Shown one piece after another: positions 1 through 9,123 of a DNA stretch of 64,000 nucleotides. The notes beneath the pieces were generated by a model that saw only the letters and a list, made by a program, of their open reading frames with translations, ran no database searches and was not told where the DNA came from. The stretch's first letter is position 1; the number at the start of each line of letters is the position of its first letter. The translations under genes were made by a program, and so were the position numbers. Origin of the DNA: an uncultured Candidatus Micrarchaeota archaeon (lineage in GTDB: Archaea > Micrarchaeota > Micrarchaeia > Anstonellales > Bilamarchaeaceae); NCBI GenBank assembly GCA_963714085.1, contig OY970229.1:1472001-1536000 (forward strand), given 5' to 3'.

Positions 1-705
1 TCCCGCGGTTCCAAGGAGTGCGACCACCGTTCCGATATCTATGCAGTGGGCGTGATGCTCTACGAGATGCTCTGCGGCAGCCTACCGTTCGTCAGCACGA
101 GCGTCAGGGAGACCAGGCTGATGCACGCCGAGTGCGCGCCCCCGCCTTTCTCGACCTACGGGCAGACCAGCGGCATACCGGACGGAGTCGAGGCGGTGGT
201 CATGCGCTGCCTCGAGAAGACCAAGGAGGGGCGTTACCAGTCCATGACCGAGTTCGCGCAGGCGCTTCTGGCCGCGGACCAGAAGTCGCGGCAGCTCCTG
301 GACATGCCCGACGTGCTGCAGGAGGACGACCACGAGAGGCCTCCGCGCAACAGGATGGAATCCTCGTCATTCGTCGGATGGATCGCCGCAGCGCTCATAG
401 GTGTCGCGGCGGCCTGGGGGATCTGGGCCCACAGCAAAGGCAGCGGCGATGCCCCGGTTGAACTGAGACAGGACGCGCAGCCCGCACTGGCCGAGACGCC
501 TGACGCTTCGGCAGAGCGACCTCCAGAGAAGAAGGAGCAGCCCAAGAAGCCACACAAGCCGCACAGGGCGCACCGGTCGAACGCCGGGAGCCATCCAGAA
601 GCGCAGCCATCCCAGAATGAGGGGCATCCGCCCGCCAATCAGGCCAAGACCCTCCTCGGTCAGCCGGTGGACGATTCGGCTGAAGAGGGCTATTCTCCGG
701 AATGA
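1..705 (+). CDS. Hanks-type Ser/Thr protein kinase (PknB-like), C-terminal part with TM helix; 5' truncated by the window
   Basis: Frame 1 is open from base 1: DHRSDIYAVGVMLYEMLCGSLPF (subdomain IX) and VVMRCLEK..EGRYQS (XI), followed by TM FVGWIAAALIGVAAAWGIW and a low-complexity tail. Confidence 0.85.
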   Translation, partial: SRGSKECDHRSDIYAVGVMLYEMLCGSLPFVSTSVRETRLMHAECAPPPFSTYGQTSGIPDGVEAVVMRCLEKTKEGRYQSMTEFAQALLAADQKSRQLLDMPDVLQEDDHERPPRNRMESSSFVGWIAAALIGVAAAWGIWAHSKGSGDAPVELRQDAQPALAETPDASAERPPEKKEQPKKPHKPHRAHRSNAGSHPEAQPSQNEGHPPANQAKTLLGQPVDDSAEEGYSPE

Positions 706-748
706 AGCCGGAGCGGTGAAAGCATTCGGGCCTGGAGGGATCATACGC

Positions 749-1483
749 ATGAGAACCATGAACCATGTCCAGCAGGCTGCCGGGGAGAAGGCAGGCTGGA
801 ATCCCAGGATGCGCTACGAGGTGCTCAGGGGCCCGGACGACATCAAGGTCCTGGACCGCGAGCGCGATTATTTCCTGGTGCTCTCGCGGAAAAGCCATCA
901 CTACCTGGGCGCAGTGCATTTCTTCAGGCCGGGCCTCACCAGGGACGGGCAGGTGTTCTCGCACATACCAGTCACCGCCACGTGGCTGCGCGGATATCCT
1001 GCGGAAGTACGGAGACTGAAAATAACGCCCGGGCTCCAGTATCTCGAGGTCGGCGCAGGATACGGCGGCTTCATACCGCGCGTGCTGCTCGGGTCCCGGC
1101 AGGGCTCGCCCAAGCCGATAATCATAGACTCCGCTGATTTTGACGCGATGCACGGCCTCCTGTCATACGCGAAGGCGCGCATCGGGTTTCCGGACCGCAT
1201 CAGCGGTATCGTGGACAAAATCCTGGAGCGGCATGAGCTGATCACGGACTCCGGCAAGGTGCGCCTCATCAACATGAACCTCGGCGATGCGCTGCGCAGC
1301 TTTCCGGACCTTGCGGGAATCGCGGACGTCCTGGTGGACAGGTGCGGGGCCATAAGCTATCCCGAGCTCGAGACGCTCGACGGCGAGAAGCCTGAAAAGG
1401 GGGTCGTCGCGCGTAGGGTCTCGGACCTTGAGAGCATGCTGTTGAAAAAAGGCGGGGAGATATTCACCCTGGGCGTTTGCTGA
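749..1483 (+). CDS. Hypothetical protein with class I SAM methyltransferase-like motif
   Basis: YLEVGAGYGG motif I; start inferred after GGAGG. Confidence 0.55.
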   Translation: MRTMNHVQQAAGEKAGWNPRMRYEVLRGPDDIKVLDRERDYFLVLSRKSHHYLGAVHFFRPGLTRDGQVFSHIPVTATWLRGYPAEVRRLKITPGLQYLEVGAGYGGFIPRVLLGSRQGSPKPIIIDSADFDAMHGLLSYAKARIGFPDRISGIVDKILERHELITDSGKVRLINMNLGDALRSFPDLAGIADVLVDRCGAISYPELETLDGEKPEKGVVARRVSDLESMLLKKGGEIFTLGVC

Positions 1484-1487
1484 GGAT

Positions 1488-1561
1488 CGGGCCTGGAGGG
1501 ATTTGAACCCTCGGCCTGCGGATTAAAAGTCCGACGCTCTACCAAGCTGAGCTACAGGCCC
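1488..1561 (-). tRNA. tRNA-Lys (UUU), intronless, CCA not encoded
   Basis: Reverse complement GGGCCTGTAGCTCAGCTTGGTAGAGCGTCGGACTTTTAATCCGCAGGCCGAGGGTTCAAATCCCTCCAGGCCCG folds as a cloverleaf with anticodon TTT. Confidence 0.95.
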
Positions 1562-1771
1562 GGAAGCGAAACGAGGCCCGATGCCTGAAGGCATGGTTTC
1601 CTGTTTCGTTGAAGATACTTGCCCATAATGCTTATAATGGGTAGGGCTTTCTTCTCCGCAGAAACCGCCCTCGGCGTTCCAAAACAATCCATTCCGGCCC
1701 GCGCTCCTCAGGGCATGAAGGATTTAAAAACACCTCACGATAAACGATATACCTTTGTGGCAGTTGATCCG

Positions 1772-2344
1772 ATGACGCAGGAATACGATCTTTCCAGGAT
1801 AGAGGACGCGATAAGGAGGAATTTCCCGGAGTCCAAGATTTTCGGCGTGAAGGCGACCGTGGACACCATCATGGAATTCATAAAGAAGGAGACCGGCACC
1901 ATGGACGCCTTCTGGCTCCAGAAGGCGACCGTCACGGCCATAAACGACCTGGCCCGCGACGCGTTCGCCCGCGTCCCAGCTTCGAAACGCTTCGTCTTCA
2001 TACCGCACTGCCTCAGGCACATAAAGTCGTGCAAGGCGCAGGCCGGGGAGGAGGGCTACGCCTGCCTCAAATGCGGGGCGTGCAAGATAAACGAGATCAT
2101 GAAGGCGTGCGAGAGCCGTGGCATACGCGCGTACATCGTCGCGGGCGGCTCCCAGCTGGTCAACATCGTGAAGAAATACGAGCCGGCCGCGGTCCTGGGC
2201 ATAGCCTGCTTCGCCGAGGTCCGCATGGGCCTGGACAAGATGATGGAGCTGGGCATACCCACGCAGGCCGTCATACTCTCCACCTGCGGCTGCGTGAACA
2301 CCGACGTCAACCTGGACGAGGTGTACGCGAAGATAAACCTCTGA
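1772..2344 (+). CDS. DUF116 family protein
   Basis: FIPHCLR..C..A......Y.C..CG.C.I, YIVAGGS, GIAC..E, GCVNT motifs. Confidence 0.8.
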   Translation: MTQEYDLSRIEDAIRRNFPESKIFGVKATVDTIMEFIKKETGTMDAFWLQKATVTAINDLARDAFARVPASKRFVFIPHCLRHIKSCKAQAGEEGYACLKCGACKINEIMKACESRGIRAYIVAGGSQLVNIVKKYEPAAVLGIACFAEVRMGLDKMMELGIPTQAVILSTCGCVNTDVNLDEVYAKINL

Positions 2345-4525
2345 TCAGAGCCTGCTGCGCGGGACCCTCACGACCGTATCCTTGTTGGCGCCCAGGTCCC
2401 TGCGCCTATCCGCGTTCTCAGCGAGCGTCCTCGCCATCTTCCTGTAGTCCTCTGCAGGGGCGCCGGGATAGACCGCGGTTTCCAGCATCTTCGGCCTCTT
2501 GGGGTTCATGTCGAAGCCTATCAGCGCGACCGGTTTCGCATTCTCGATTACCTCCACGAGGAACCGCTCCGAAGGCAGGGTCTTGAGCCCCTGCCTGAAC
2601 CTGGCATCGAGCTGCCTGTTGGCTTCCGCCGGGACGTCCAGCCCTATCGCTTCGGGCTTCGGCTCGCCGTTGCCTTCGGACGAAGGGAGCTTCTCCAGGG
2701 AAGCTATCCGCGCCCTGCTTCTCGCATGCGTGATCTCGAACACCAGCACGTTTAACTCTCCGGCGAGCTTCCTCCTCATCCTTGCGAGGTCCTCGGTCCG
2801 CACCCCGCAGGCCTCCAGCGCCTCGTTCCCCGGCGGGTTTATCGCGACCACTCCGGATTCGACCAGGCTGAACCCGTTCTGGACCATGCCCCGGAGCGTG
2901 GCGTCTGTCGCAGAATAATCCGGGCCGAATGTCGCTATGACCGTGGGAGCGAAAGCGAGGTTCTCATGGACCGCCTGGAACAGTTTCGTGAGCGCTTCTG
3001 TGGAGAGCCTGTGTATGCTGTGCAGGATTACGGTGTCGGCCTCAAGCACGCGGCACCCTTCGAGCGACTTGAATCCCCCCATGGGGACGTGATGGGGGTC
3101 TATGTCCGCTCCGGTCTCCTCGGCCGCCCTCGTGAGCGGGTCGGGGTAGAGCGACACGCACGCGACAGAGCCCTGCAGCAGGTTCCCGAAGCACCTTATC
3201 AGCCCTGCCATCTCCCTGAACGCGGAGAGGTTGCGCAGCCTCCTTCCCAGCGCCGCATCGCTTGCGTCCGTCCGCTCGCCGCGCTCGAGCGCGAGCTCCA
3301 CCGCCTGGTCCGCGGATAGCCCCTGCCCGGCGCAGAAGGCGAGCCAGACCGACGGGTTCGTGCACAAGCGCGCCTGGACCGTCTCATCGCTCACCCCGGT
3401 CGACCTTGAGATGGCGCGCACAGTGGCCGGGCCCGGCAGCGACGGAATCCTGTCCATGATTATCCGGTCCACGATTTCATAGCCCCTGGTCCTGGCCTTC
3501 CCGAACGGGCAGCTGCACAGTTCCCTGTTCGACATCCTCTTGAGGAAAACCTCGTCGCCCGCTCCGTCCATCCAGGCGATCGCCCGCGCCTCGGCCGCAT
3601 CGCGCAGCGCTGTATCGGAATCATATGCCTCCTGGACCGTGTTGCGGCTTATGGTCAGGGCTTCCGCGAGCGCGTTGGCCGACGGGATTCCGTCGAAAGA
3701 CTCCAGCCTGCTGGCGATTATCGCTTTGAGCCTGTCGCGGATTTTCCGCTTGGCGTTCTTGAAGCTGCAGTTGTTCGCTTCGGTGCTGCTGAGATTGTCC
3801 AGGAACCGCTGCTCCTCCAGGCCGTCCAGCCATTGGACCGCCCTCGCCTCTGCGGCATCCTTCAGCCCGGGGACGGACTCGAAGCACTTGGTTATGATGC
3901 GGGTGCTGAGCCCCATCGCCGCGGCCAGCGCCGTTGCGGACGGCAAGCCTTTGAACGAGGGTATCTTCTCCTTGGCGATTATCCGTCCGAGGATTTCGCG
4001 CGCCCTTGCCTTGGCCCCATCGAAATCGTTCAGGTCCTTTTCGATCTGGACGAATTTGCTCACGAACTCATCGTCTTTAAGGGTCCCCATCCAGGCCACC
4101 GCCCTCTCTTCCACAGCAGGGCGCATGGCAGCGTTCGCCCTGAAGCGCCTGGAAATCGCACGGAACCCCAGGTGCATTTCCTCCGCAAGAGCCGTGGGCG
4201 TGGGCAGCCCGTCGAAAGACGCGATTCTCCTGAGGATGAATCCGTCCAAGAGCCCGTGCATCCTGGCATTGGCCTTTTCGTAAGGGCAGGTCGTCAGCTG
4301 CGAGCCGCTTATCGTGCGCAGCAAGGCCCCTTCGTCAAGGCTCTCCAGCCATTCCACCGCCCTCGCCTCTGCAGCATCGCGCAGCGACGGATTCGAGTTG
4401 AGATGGCGGTTTATCGCGTGGATGGACACGTCGGGAATCGCGTCATGGAGCGCGGTGGCTGAGGGTACGCCGTCGAACGATGGCAAGAGCGCGAGTATCC
4501 TGCTGTCAAGGTCCCTCTTCGTCAT
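2345..4525 (-). CDS. Tandem HTH-repeat protein (about 4.5 x 87 aa) with uncharacterised C-terminal alpha/beta domain
   Basis: Repeated SFDGxPSATALAxxxxxSxxxI...LRDAAEARAxxW units. Confidence 0.8.
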   Translation of the reverse strand: MTKRDLDSRILALLPSFDGVPSATALHDAIPDVSIHAINRHLNSNPSLRDAAEARAVEWLESLDEGALLRTISGSQLTTCPYEKANARMHGLLDGFILRRIASFDGLPTPTALAEEMHLGFRAISRRFRANAAMRPAVEERAVAWMGTLKDDEFVSKFVQIEKDLNDFDGAKARAREILGRIIAKEKIPSFKGLPSATALAAAMGLSTRIITKCFESVPGLKDAAEARAVQWLDGLEEQRFLDNLSSTEANNCSFKNAKRKIRDRLKAIIASRLESFDGIPSANALAEALTISRNTVQEAYDSDTALRDAAEARAIAWMDGAGDEVFLKRMSNRELCSCPFGKARTRGYEIVDRIIMDRIPSLPGPATVRAISRSTGVSDETVQARLCTNPSVWLAFCAGQGLSADQAVELALERGERTDASDAALGRRLRNLSAFREMAGLIRCFGNLLQGSVACVSLYPDPLTRAAEETGADIDPHHVPMGGFKSLEGCRVLEADTVILHSIHRLSTEALTKLFQAVHENLAFAPTVIATFGPDYSATDATLRGMVQNGFSLVESGVVAINPPGNEALEACGVRTEDLARMRRKLAGELNVLVFEITHARSRARIASLEKLPSSEGNGEPKPEAIGLDVPAEANRQLDARFRQGLKTLPSERFLVEVIENAKPVALIGFDMNPKRPKMLETAVYPGAPAEDYRKMARTLAENADRRRDLGANKDTVVRVPRSRL

Positions 4526-4615
4526 TTATAACGTTGTACTTTATGTATAAACGCTTTTATAAATCCTCTTCGCCCCTGGGCTCATTAATTAATACCTTAT
4601 CTGCGATATCCGGCC

Positions 4616-4999
4616 ATGGTCCTCTGTTATCGCAAGGGCTCGCGCGCGGAGCACGAGCTCATAGACTATTTCTCCCAGAAAGGATACTGCGTGATACGCG
4701 CGGCCGGCTCGGGCGTCAACTCCCTCTCCCCGGACATCCTCGTCTTCAGGCGCGGGGTGCAGTGCGGCATAGAGGCAAAGGCGCACGAGACCACCTGCCT
4801 CGGGATAGACCGCGAGCAGTTCGAGAACCTCAGGAAATGGGAGGACGTGAGCGGCATAAACTGCTATATCGGGTGGAGGCGCAGCCGCGAGCCCTGGTAC
4901 TTCGTGCCCCTATCGGTCTTCAAGGAGAACGAGAAGAGCTTCTCGGTCAACTGGGGCCAGGCGCAGGCTGTGGGGAAGAAGCTCGAGGAGTTCGGCTGA
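4616..4999 (+). CDS. hjc: Archaeal Holliday junction resolvase
   Basis: KGSRAEHEL, VIRAAGSG, PDI, IEAK (PD-(D/E)xK) motifs. Confidence 0.9.
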   Translation: MVLCYRKGSRAEHELIDYFSQKGYCVIRAAGSGVNSLSPDILVFRRGVQCGIEAKAHETTCLGIDREQFENLRKWEDVSGINCYIGWRRSREPWYFVPLSVFKENEKSFSVNWGQAQAVGKKLEEFG

Positions 5000-5069
5000 C
5001 CCCACAAAGCCACTAAAAAAGAGACATACTTTTTTATATTGTTCCAATCACAACATATCCTGGGGTATC

Positions 5070-5555
5070 ATGAAACTTCACGGAAACAATCCGGGCATCG
5101 TGAAAGCCGGCGCAGCAAAAACCGCCAGGAACGAGTTCAAGACAAGCTCGTTTTCCGGGCGGCTGCGCACGGGCGTAGTCGCCAGCGCATTGTTCGCAGC
5201 GTCCGTGACCGGATGCGCCGAGACGTCTTATTCGGACAGGCAAAGCACGCCGAATCTGGTTGCTAAGGTGGACCAGCAGAAGACAGGCGACGGCGATAGA
5301 CTCGATACGACGATTGCTGGCGTGCTTGCCGCGACCGGATTCATGACAGCGATCGGGGTTTTCGCGTACTATTCCGGCAAGAAGGAGATGCCATCTGAAC
5401 GCGTCATGGTCCTATTTACTCTCGACATACTGGCTTCTGCCTGGTTAGTGGGATACGCTGCCACTGACGGGCGTATGGGCGGCGGTCCCCAGCCACTGTC
5501 CAATTCTCCGTTCCCGTACGGGTCTCCCACGATAAGCCTGCCGGGCCATCGCTGA
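5070..5555 (+). CDS. Putative lipoprotein/membrane protein, paralog of 6074-6571
   Basis: FSGRLRTGVVASALFAASVTGC lipobox-like leader; two hydrophobic helices. Confidence 0.65.
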   Translation: MKLHGNNPGIVKAGAAKTARNEFKTSSFSGRLRTGVVASALFAASVTGCAETSYSDRQSTPNLVAKVDQQKTGDGDRLDTTIAGVLAATGFMTAIGVFAYYSGKKEMPSERVMVLFTLDILASAWLVGYAATDGRMGGGPQPLSNSPFPYGSPTISLPGHR

Positions 5556-5660
5556 TTTCCCCGCTTGCGATATCCTGGTGTCAGCTCATTATCCTCTTCA
5601 TCCTTGAGTTCCAGTAGCGAGGGCGCAATCTTTAAATCAACATCGGGCACAGAATCATTC

Positions 5661-5912
5661 ATGACCGAACAACTCCAGCTGAAGCAGCCCAATCCCCTAT
5701 CCGAGGTCCATGTGTACCAGAAGGTCCAGTCCGAAAACAGGTTCTCGGATCTGAAGACGTGGCTGACCAGCATAGATCCCCATCTTGGCGAGTGCATAGA
5801 CAAGGGGAAGTTCGTCCTCTCGCTCGCGAAGATCGAGAACGTGACGCTCGCCGTCAACGTCGGCCCCACAGGCGCGAAGAAATTCACCTTCGGGTTCGAC
5901 GTCAGGTTCTGA
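5661..5912 (+). CDS. Small hypothetical protein
   Basis: 83-aa ORF with genome-like codon usage. Confidence 0.5.
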   Translation: MTEQLQLKQPNPLSEVHVYQKVQSENRFSDLKTWLTSIDPHLGECIDKGKFVLSLAKIENVTLAVNVGPTGAKKFTFGFDVRF

Positions 5913-5957
5913 GTATCTCTTCCATCCTCTCTATCCGATAATTGGTCACCGCCACGC
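5902..5957 (-). pseudogene. Orphan copy of the kae1 3' end (VAVTNYRIERMEEILRT*)
   Basis: 5914-5957 matches 6583-6626; the differences over 14 codons are all synonymous. Confidence 0.85.
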
Positions 5958-6073
5958 TGCGCAGATAACCCGCCAGCCTGACGTTATGAGTACCTGGTCC
6001 TTGTTGCCACAAAAATACTGAAAGGGACATACATTCTTATATAGTTTGAATTACAACTTATTCCGGGGTTCCC

Positions 6074-6571
6074 ATGAAAAGTTCTATTAAACATTCTGGC
6101 GTAGTCGAGGATTCTGCAGCAGTCAAGAAAATCGCCTCCCGCAACTCGTTCAGGTCCAATTCCTTCTCAGGAAGGTTGTGCTCCGGCCTGGTCGCCGGCG
6201 CACTGTTCGCGGCTTCCCTTGGCGGTTGCGCGGACACTGCCTATTCACAGAAGCAGAGTTCGGGCGGAGAAGCAATCACACAGCCGGATAAAGGAAAAGA
6301 CCTGACTCCGCTGGATAACGCGATTATCAGCACGTTTGCCTCAGGAGCTGCCGGTTTTGGGCTCTATGAAGGTGAAGGCAGCAAGGTTGACAAGTTCCAG
6401 ATCGTGACTATTTCAACGCTCTCGTTTGCTGTTTTGTTTTTAACGCTCGAAGCGGTAAGGCACTCGAATAAGCATGGAAGCTCCGGGGGATATCCGCCCG
6501 TAGGATGGTCGCTGTGTGGCGATTGCGTTGATCCCGCACCCGCGCAGTCCATGGGTCCGATTCAGCGCTAG
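6074..6571 (+). CDS. Putative lipoprotein/membrane protein, paralog of 5070-5555
   Basis: FSGRLCSGLVAGALFAASLGGC leader; upstream region also similar to that of 5070. Confidence 0.65.
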   Translation: MKSSIKHSGVVEDSAAVKKIASRNSFRSNSFSGRLCSGLVAGALFAASLGGCADTAYSQKQSSGGEAITQPDKGKDLTPLDNAIISTFASGAAGFGLYEGEGSKVDKFQIVTISTLSFAVLFLTLEAVRHSNKHGSSGGYPPVGWSLCGDCVDPAPAQSMGPIQR

Positions 6572-7548
6572 CGCCGCTTCATTATCTCTTCCATCCTCTC
6601 TATCCTGTAATTAGTGACAGCCACGCACTTCTTCACCGACATCGCGCCGTATTTCCTGAAGAGAACCTCTCCGGCGTAAGCGATCATGGCGCCGTTGTCG
6701 CGGTTGAACTCGTTGGGCGCCACGCCGAACTCGACCGAGTCCTCCTTGCACATCGTGCCGAGCATCTCCTGCAACCGTTTGTTCTGCGCGACCCCGCCGC
6801 AGCAGATGAGCTTTTTCTTCTTGGTCAGGAACAGCGCGCGTTCCGTGGCCTCGCACGCCATGGCGAACGAGGTCTCCATGAGCGAGAACGCCAGATCGTT
6901 CCTCTTCGCCCCGCCCTTGTGCAGCTTCTCAGCTGCGGTCAGAAGCCCAGAGAACACCAGGTTCATGCCTTTCACGCTGTAGGGGAGCTCGATGTATCTT
7001 CCGCCGGACGCGAGCTTCTCGAGCTGCGAGCCGTGGGCGTATTTCAAGCCGATGACCCTGCCGAAGCTGTCGAACAGGTTCCCGATCCCTATGTCCAGCG
7101 TCTCGCCCAGGACGTGCCACGCCCCAGCTCTCCTGACCAATATCTGGCTGTTCCCTCCGGAGAGATAGAGCACGAGCGGGTCGCGCAGGCCCGTCAAGTG
7201 CTCCGAGACCGCGATGTGGGCGTAGCAGTGGTTCACTCCGATTATTTTCTTGCCGAAGCGGCCCGCGAGATAGCGCGCCCCGGCTATCCCGACAGCGAGA
7301 GGGGAGCCGATGCCAGGGCCCTGGGAGAACGCAATCAAATCAACATCTTCCATGCGCATGCCCGCATCGGAGAGCGCCTTTTCAAGCACAGCGCCGAACA
7401 CATCCGCATGGTGGTCCGCTGCCTTCCTCGGGAGTATGCCTTCCTCCTTCGGCCTGTAGACGTCCGCTGCGTTGGAGAGGACCTTCCCATCCTTCACGAT
7501 TCCCACGCCCAATGTATGCGCCGTGCATTCGACGCCTAGAGTTATCAT
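6568..7548 (-). CDS. kae1: tRNA t6A threonylcarbamoyltransferase Kae1/TsaD
   Basis: LGVECTAH, SQGPG, VNHCYAHI, LSGGNSQ, GETLDIGIGN, DNGAMIA. Confidence 0.97.
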   Translation of the reverse strand: MITLGVECTAHTLGVGIVKDGKVLSNAADVYRPKEEGILPRKAADHHADVFGAVLEKALSDAGMRMEDVDLIAFSQGPGIGSPLAVGIAGARYLAGRFGKKIIGVNHCYAHIAVSEHLTGLRDPLVLYLSGGNSQILVRRAGAWHVLGETLDIGIGNLFDSFGRVIGLKYAHGSQLEKLASGGRYIELPYSVKGMNLVFSGLLTAAEKLHKGGAKRNDLAFSLMETSFAMACEATERALFLTKKKKLICCGGVAQNKRLQEMLGTMCKEDSVEFGVAPNEFNRDNGAMIAYAGEVLFRKYGAMSVKKCVAVTNYRIERMEEIMKRR

Positions 7549-8144
7549 ACGACTCCCCTGAGCACGATGATGGACATCGTGTTGTATACCATGTGGATGG
7601 CGATGCAGGGCAGTATGGATCCGGATTTCTTGAATATTAGCGCGAGTATGAGCCCTATGAAGAACACGCCCGCTATCTCCGTGACGGAGCCGTACGCGAC
7701 GTGCACGACCGCGAACGCGATGGCCGAGAGCACCACTCCGAATCTTGAGCTCAGCAGCCCCCTGAAGAACAATTCCTCGCTGAACGGGGCCAGGACCACA
7801 GCCAGCAGGAGCACGGAGAGCGGCAGCTCGTTGGCCACCGCGGCCACGTTGGCCTCGTCGTTCAGGTGCAGATAGTTCAATGCCAGGGTGAGGACGATCA
7901 GCGCGGCGAACAAGGCCACCATTCCGCCTACGAAGAAAAGCAGGTTCCTTTTCAAGTCCCCCGGGATCCCCAGCTTCCTGAAGAAATCAGTCCTGTCCTT
8001 GTCGTAGATGAAGAACAGCGCGAAAGAGAGGAGGCCCAGGTGCAGCCCGAGCGTGTAGCCGAACATGTTCCCGAGCAGCAGGGAGCCTATGAAAAGGAGG
8101 AAAGAGAAAACGAGGAGCCCCAGGAAAACCGTCCGGGCTTTCAT
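7545..8144 (-). CDS. CPBP/CAAX (Abi) intramembrane protease
   Basis: APFSEELFFRG, FAVVH, IAIHMVYN motifs. Confidence 0.9.
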   Translation of the reverse strand: MKARTVFLGLLVFSFLLFIGSLLLGNMFGYTLGLHLGLLSFALFFIYDKDRTDFFRKLGIPGDLKRNLLFFVGGMVALFAALIVLTLALNYLHLNDEANVAAVANELPLSVLLLAVVLAPFSEELFFRGLLSSRFGVVLSAIAFAVVHVAYGSVTEIAGVFFIGLILALIFKKSGSILPCIAIHMVYNTMSIIVLRGVV

Positions 8145-8312
8145 CTATTTCTTCTCGAAATAGCCGCACTTGCCGCAGCTGCGCCTGTCCTTGTGGTCGG
8201 CCAGCCTGTTGCCAGGGCCGCATTTTGGGCAGTATTTCACGGGCTTCTTGTAGGGTTTCGCCTGCCTCTCCTTCTTCTTCGGCGCAGCTTTCTTGTCGTC
8301 AGCCATTGTCAT
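8145..8312 (-). CDS. rps27ae: Ribosomal protein S27ae (eS31)
   Basis: [22 protein letters not shown]. Confidence 0.93.
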   Translation of the reverse strand: MTMADDKKAAPKKKERQAKPYKKPVKYCPKCGPGNRLADHKDRRSCGKCGYFEKK

Positions 8313-8653
8313 CACTTCTTCGCTTTCTTGGCAGGCGCCTTCTTCTCGGCAGCCGCCTTCTCCTCTGGCGTCTCTATTATCAGGCCTTCCCTTTTGAGTA
8401 TGTGCCTCGGCTCGTTCTTCATGAGCGCTTCCTTGCTCATATACGAATGCGCGGAGAGGGTCGCCTTCTTCAGGCCGAATTCCGTGGACACGGAGCGGAG
8501 CACGACCAGCTCCGGGTTCGCGCCTATCTTGCCGCACAATGCGCTCTTCATCTCCTTCCTCGGCGGCGTCGCGGCCTCGAAACTGACCGTCGCCTCTATC
8601 TCCTTCCGATCAAGCAGCTTGTTCTCTGTCGTGGATTCTACCTTGACTTCCAT
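8312..8653 (-). CDS. rps24e: Ribosomal protein S24e
   Basis: [21 protein letters not shown]; conserved position before S27ae. Confidence 0.92.
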   Translation of the reverse strand: MEVKVESTTENKLLDRKEIEATVSFEAATPPRKEMKSALCGKIGANPELVVLRSVSTEFGLKKATLSAHSYMSKEALMKNEPRHILKREGLIIETPEEKAAAEKKAPAKKAKK

Positions 8654-8657
8654 TGCA

Positions 8658-9050
8658 TCACCTGATTCTTTCCATCATCCTCTTGCCCATGGACTCGAGT
8701 ATCTCGGCTTCCTTGCCGGGCGCGGCCGCGGCCACCAGCTCCGGCGGGATGTTTATGTCGTATATCTCGTAGGTCCTGCTGTCCATGACCTGCGCGGTCG
8801 TGCCGCTCACGGACATTATCTGCACGTTCTTGCGGTCTATTATCGGGACGTCCACGTCCGCGTCACCGGGCGTGAGCAGCGTCTTCTTCTGCCCTTCGAA
8901 TATGCCTATGGCGGTTATCCTCATCTTGGCCGCGCCGTGCTTGCCGGGCTTAGAGCTCTCTATCTCCACTATCCTGCAGGGGATGTCGTCTATCAGGACG
9001 TACTTCCCCTCCTTCAGCTCCTTGGCTGTCGCGAATACTTTCTCAGTCAT
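8658..9050 (-). CDS. eif5a: Translation factor aIF5A
   Basis: SKPGKHGAAK hypusine motif. Confidence 0.97.
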   Translation of the reverse strand: MTEKVFATAKELKEGKYVLIDDIPCRIVEIESSKPGKHGAAKMRITAIGIFEGQKKTLLTPGDADVDVPIIDRKNVQIMSVSGTTAQVMDSRTYEIYDINIPPELVAAAAPGKEAEILESMGKRMMERIR

Positions 9051-9123
9051 AAGCGCACCCGATAATCAGGTTATCTTTCTGATTGTTAAGAGAGAATAGT
9101 ATAAAAAGGTAAGTTTTTTAACT

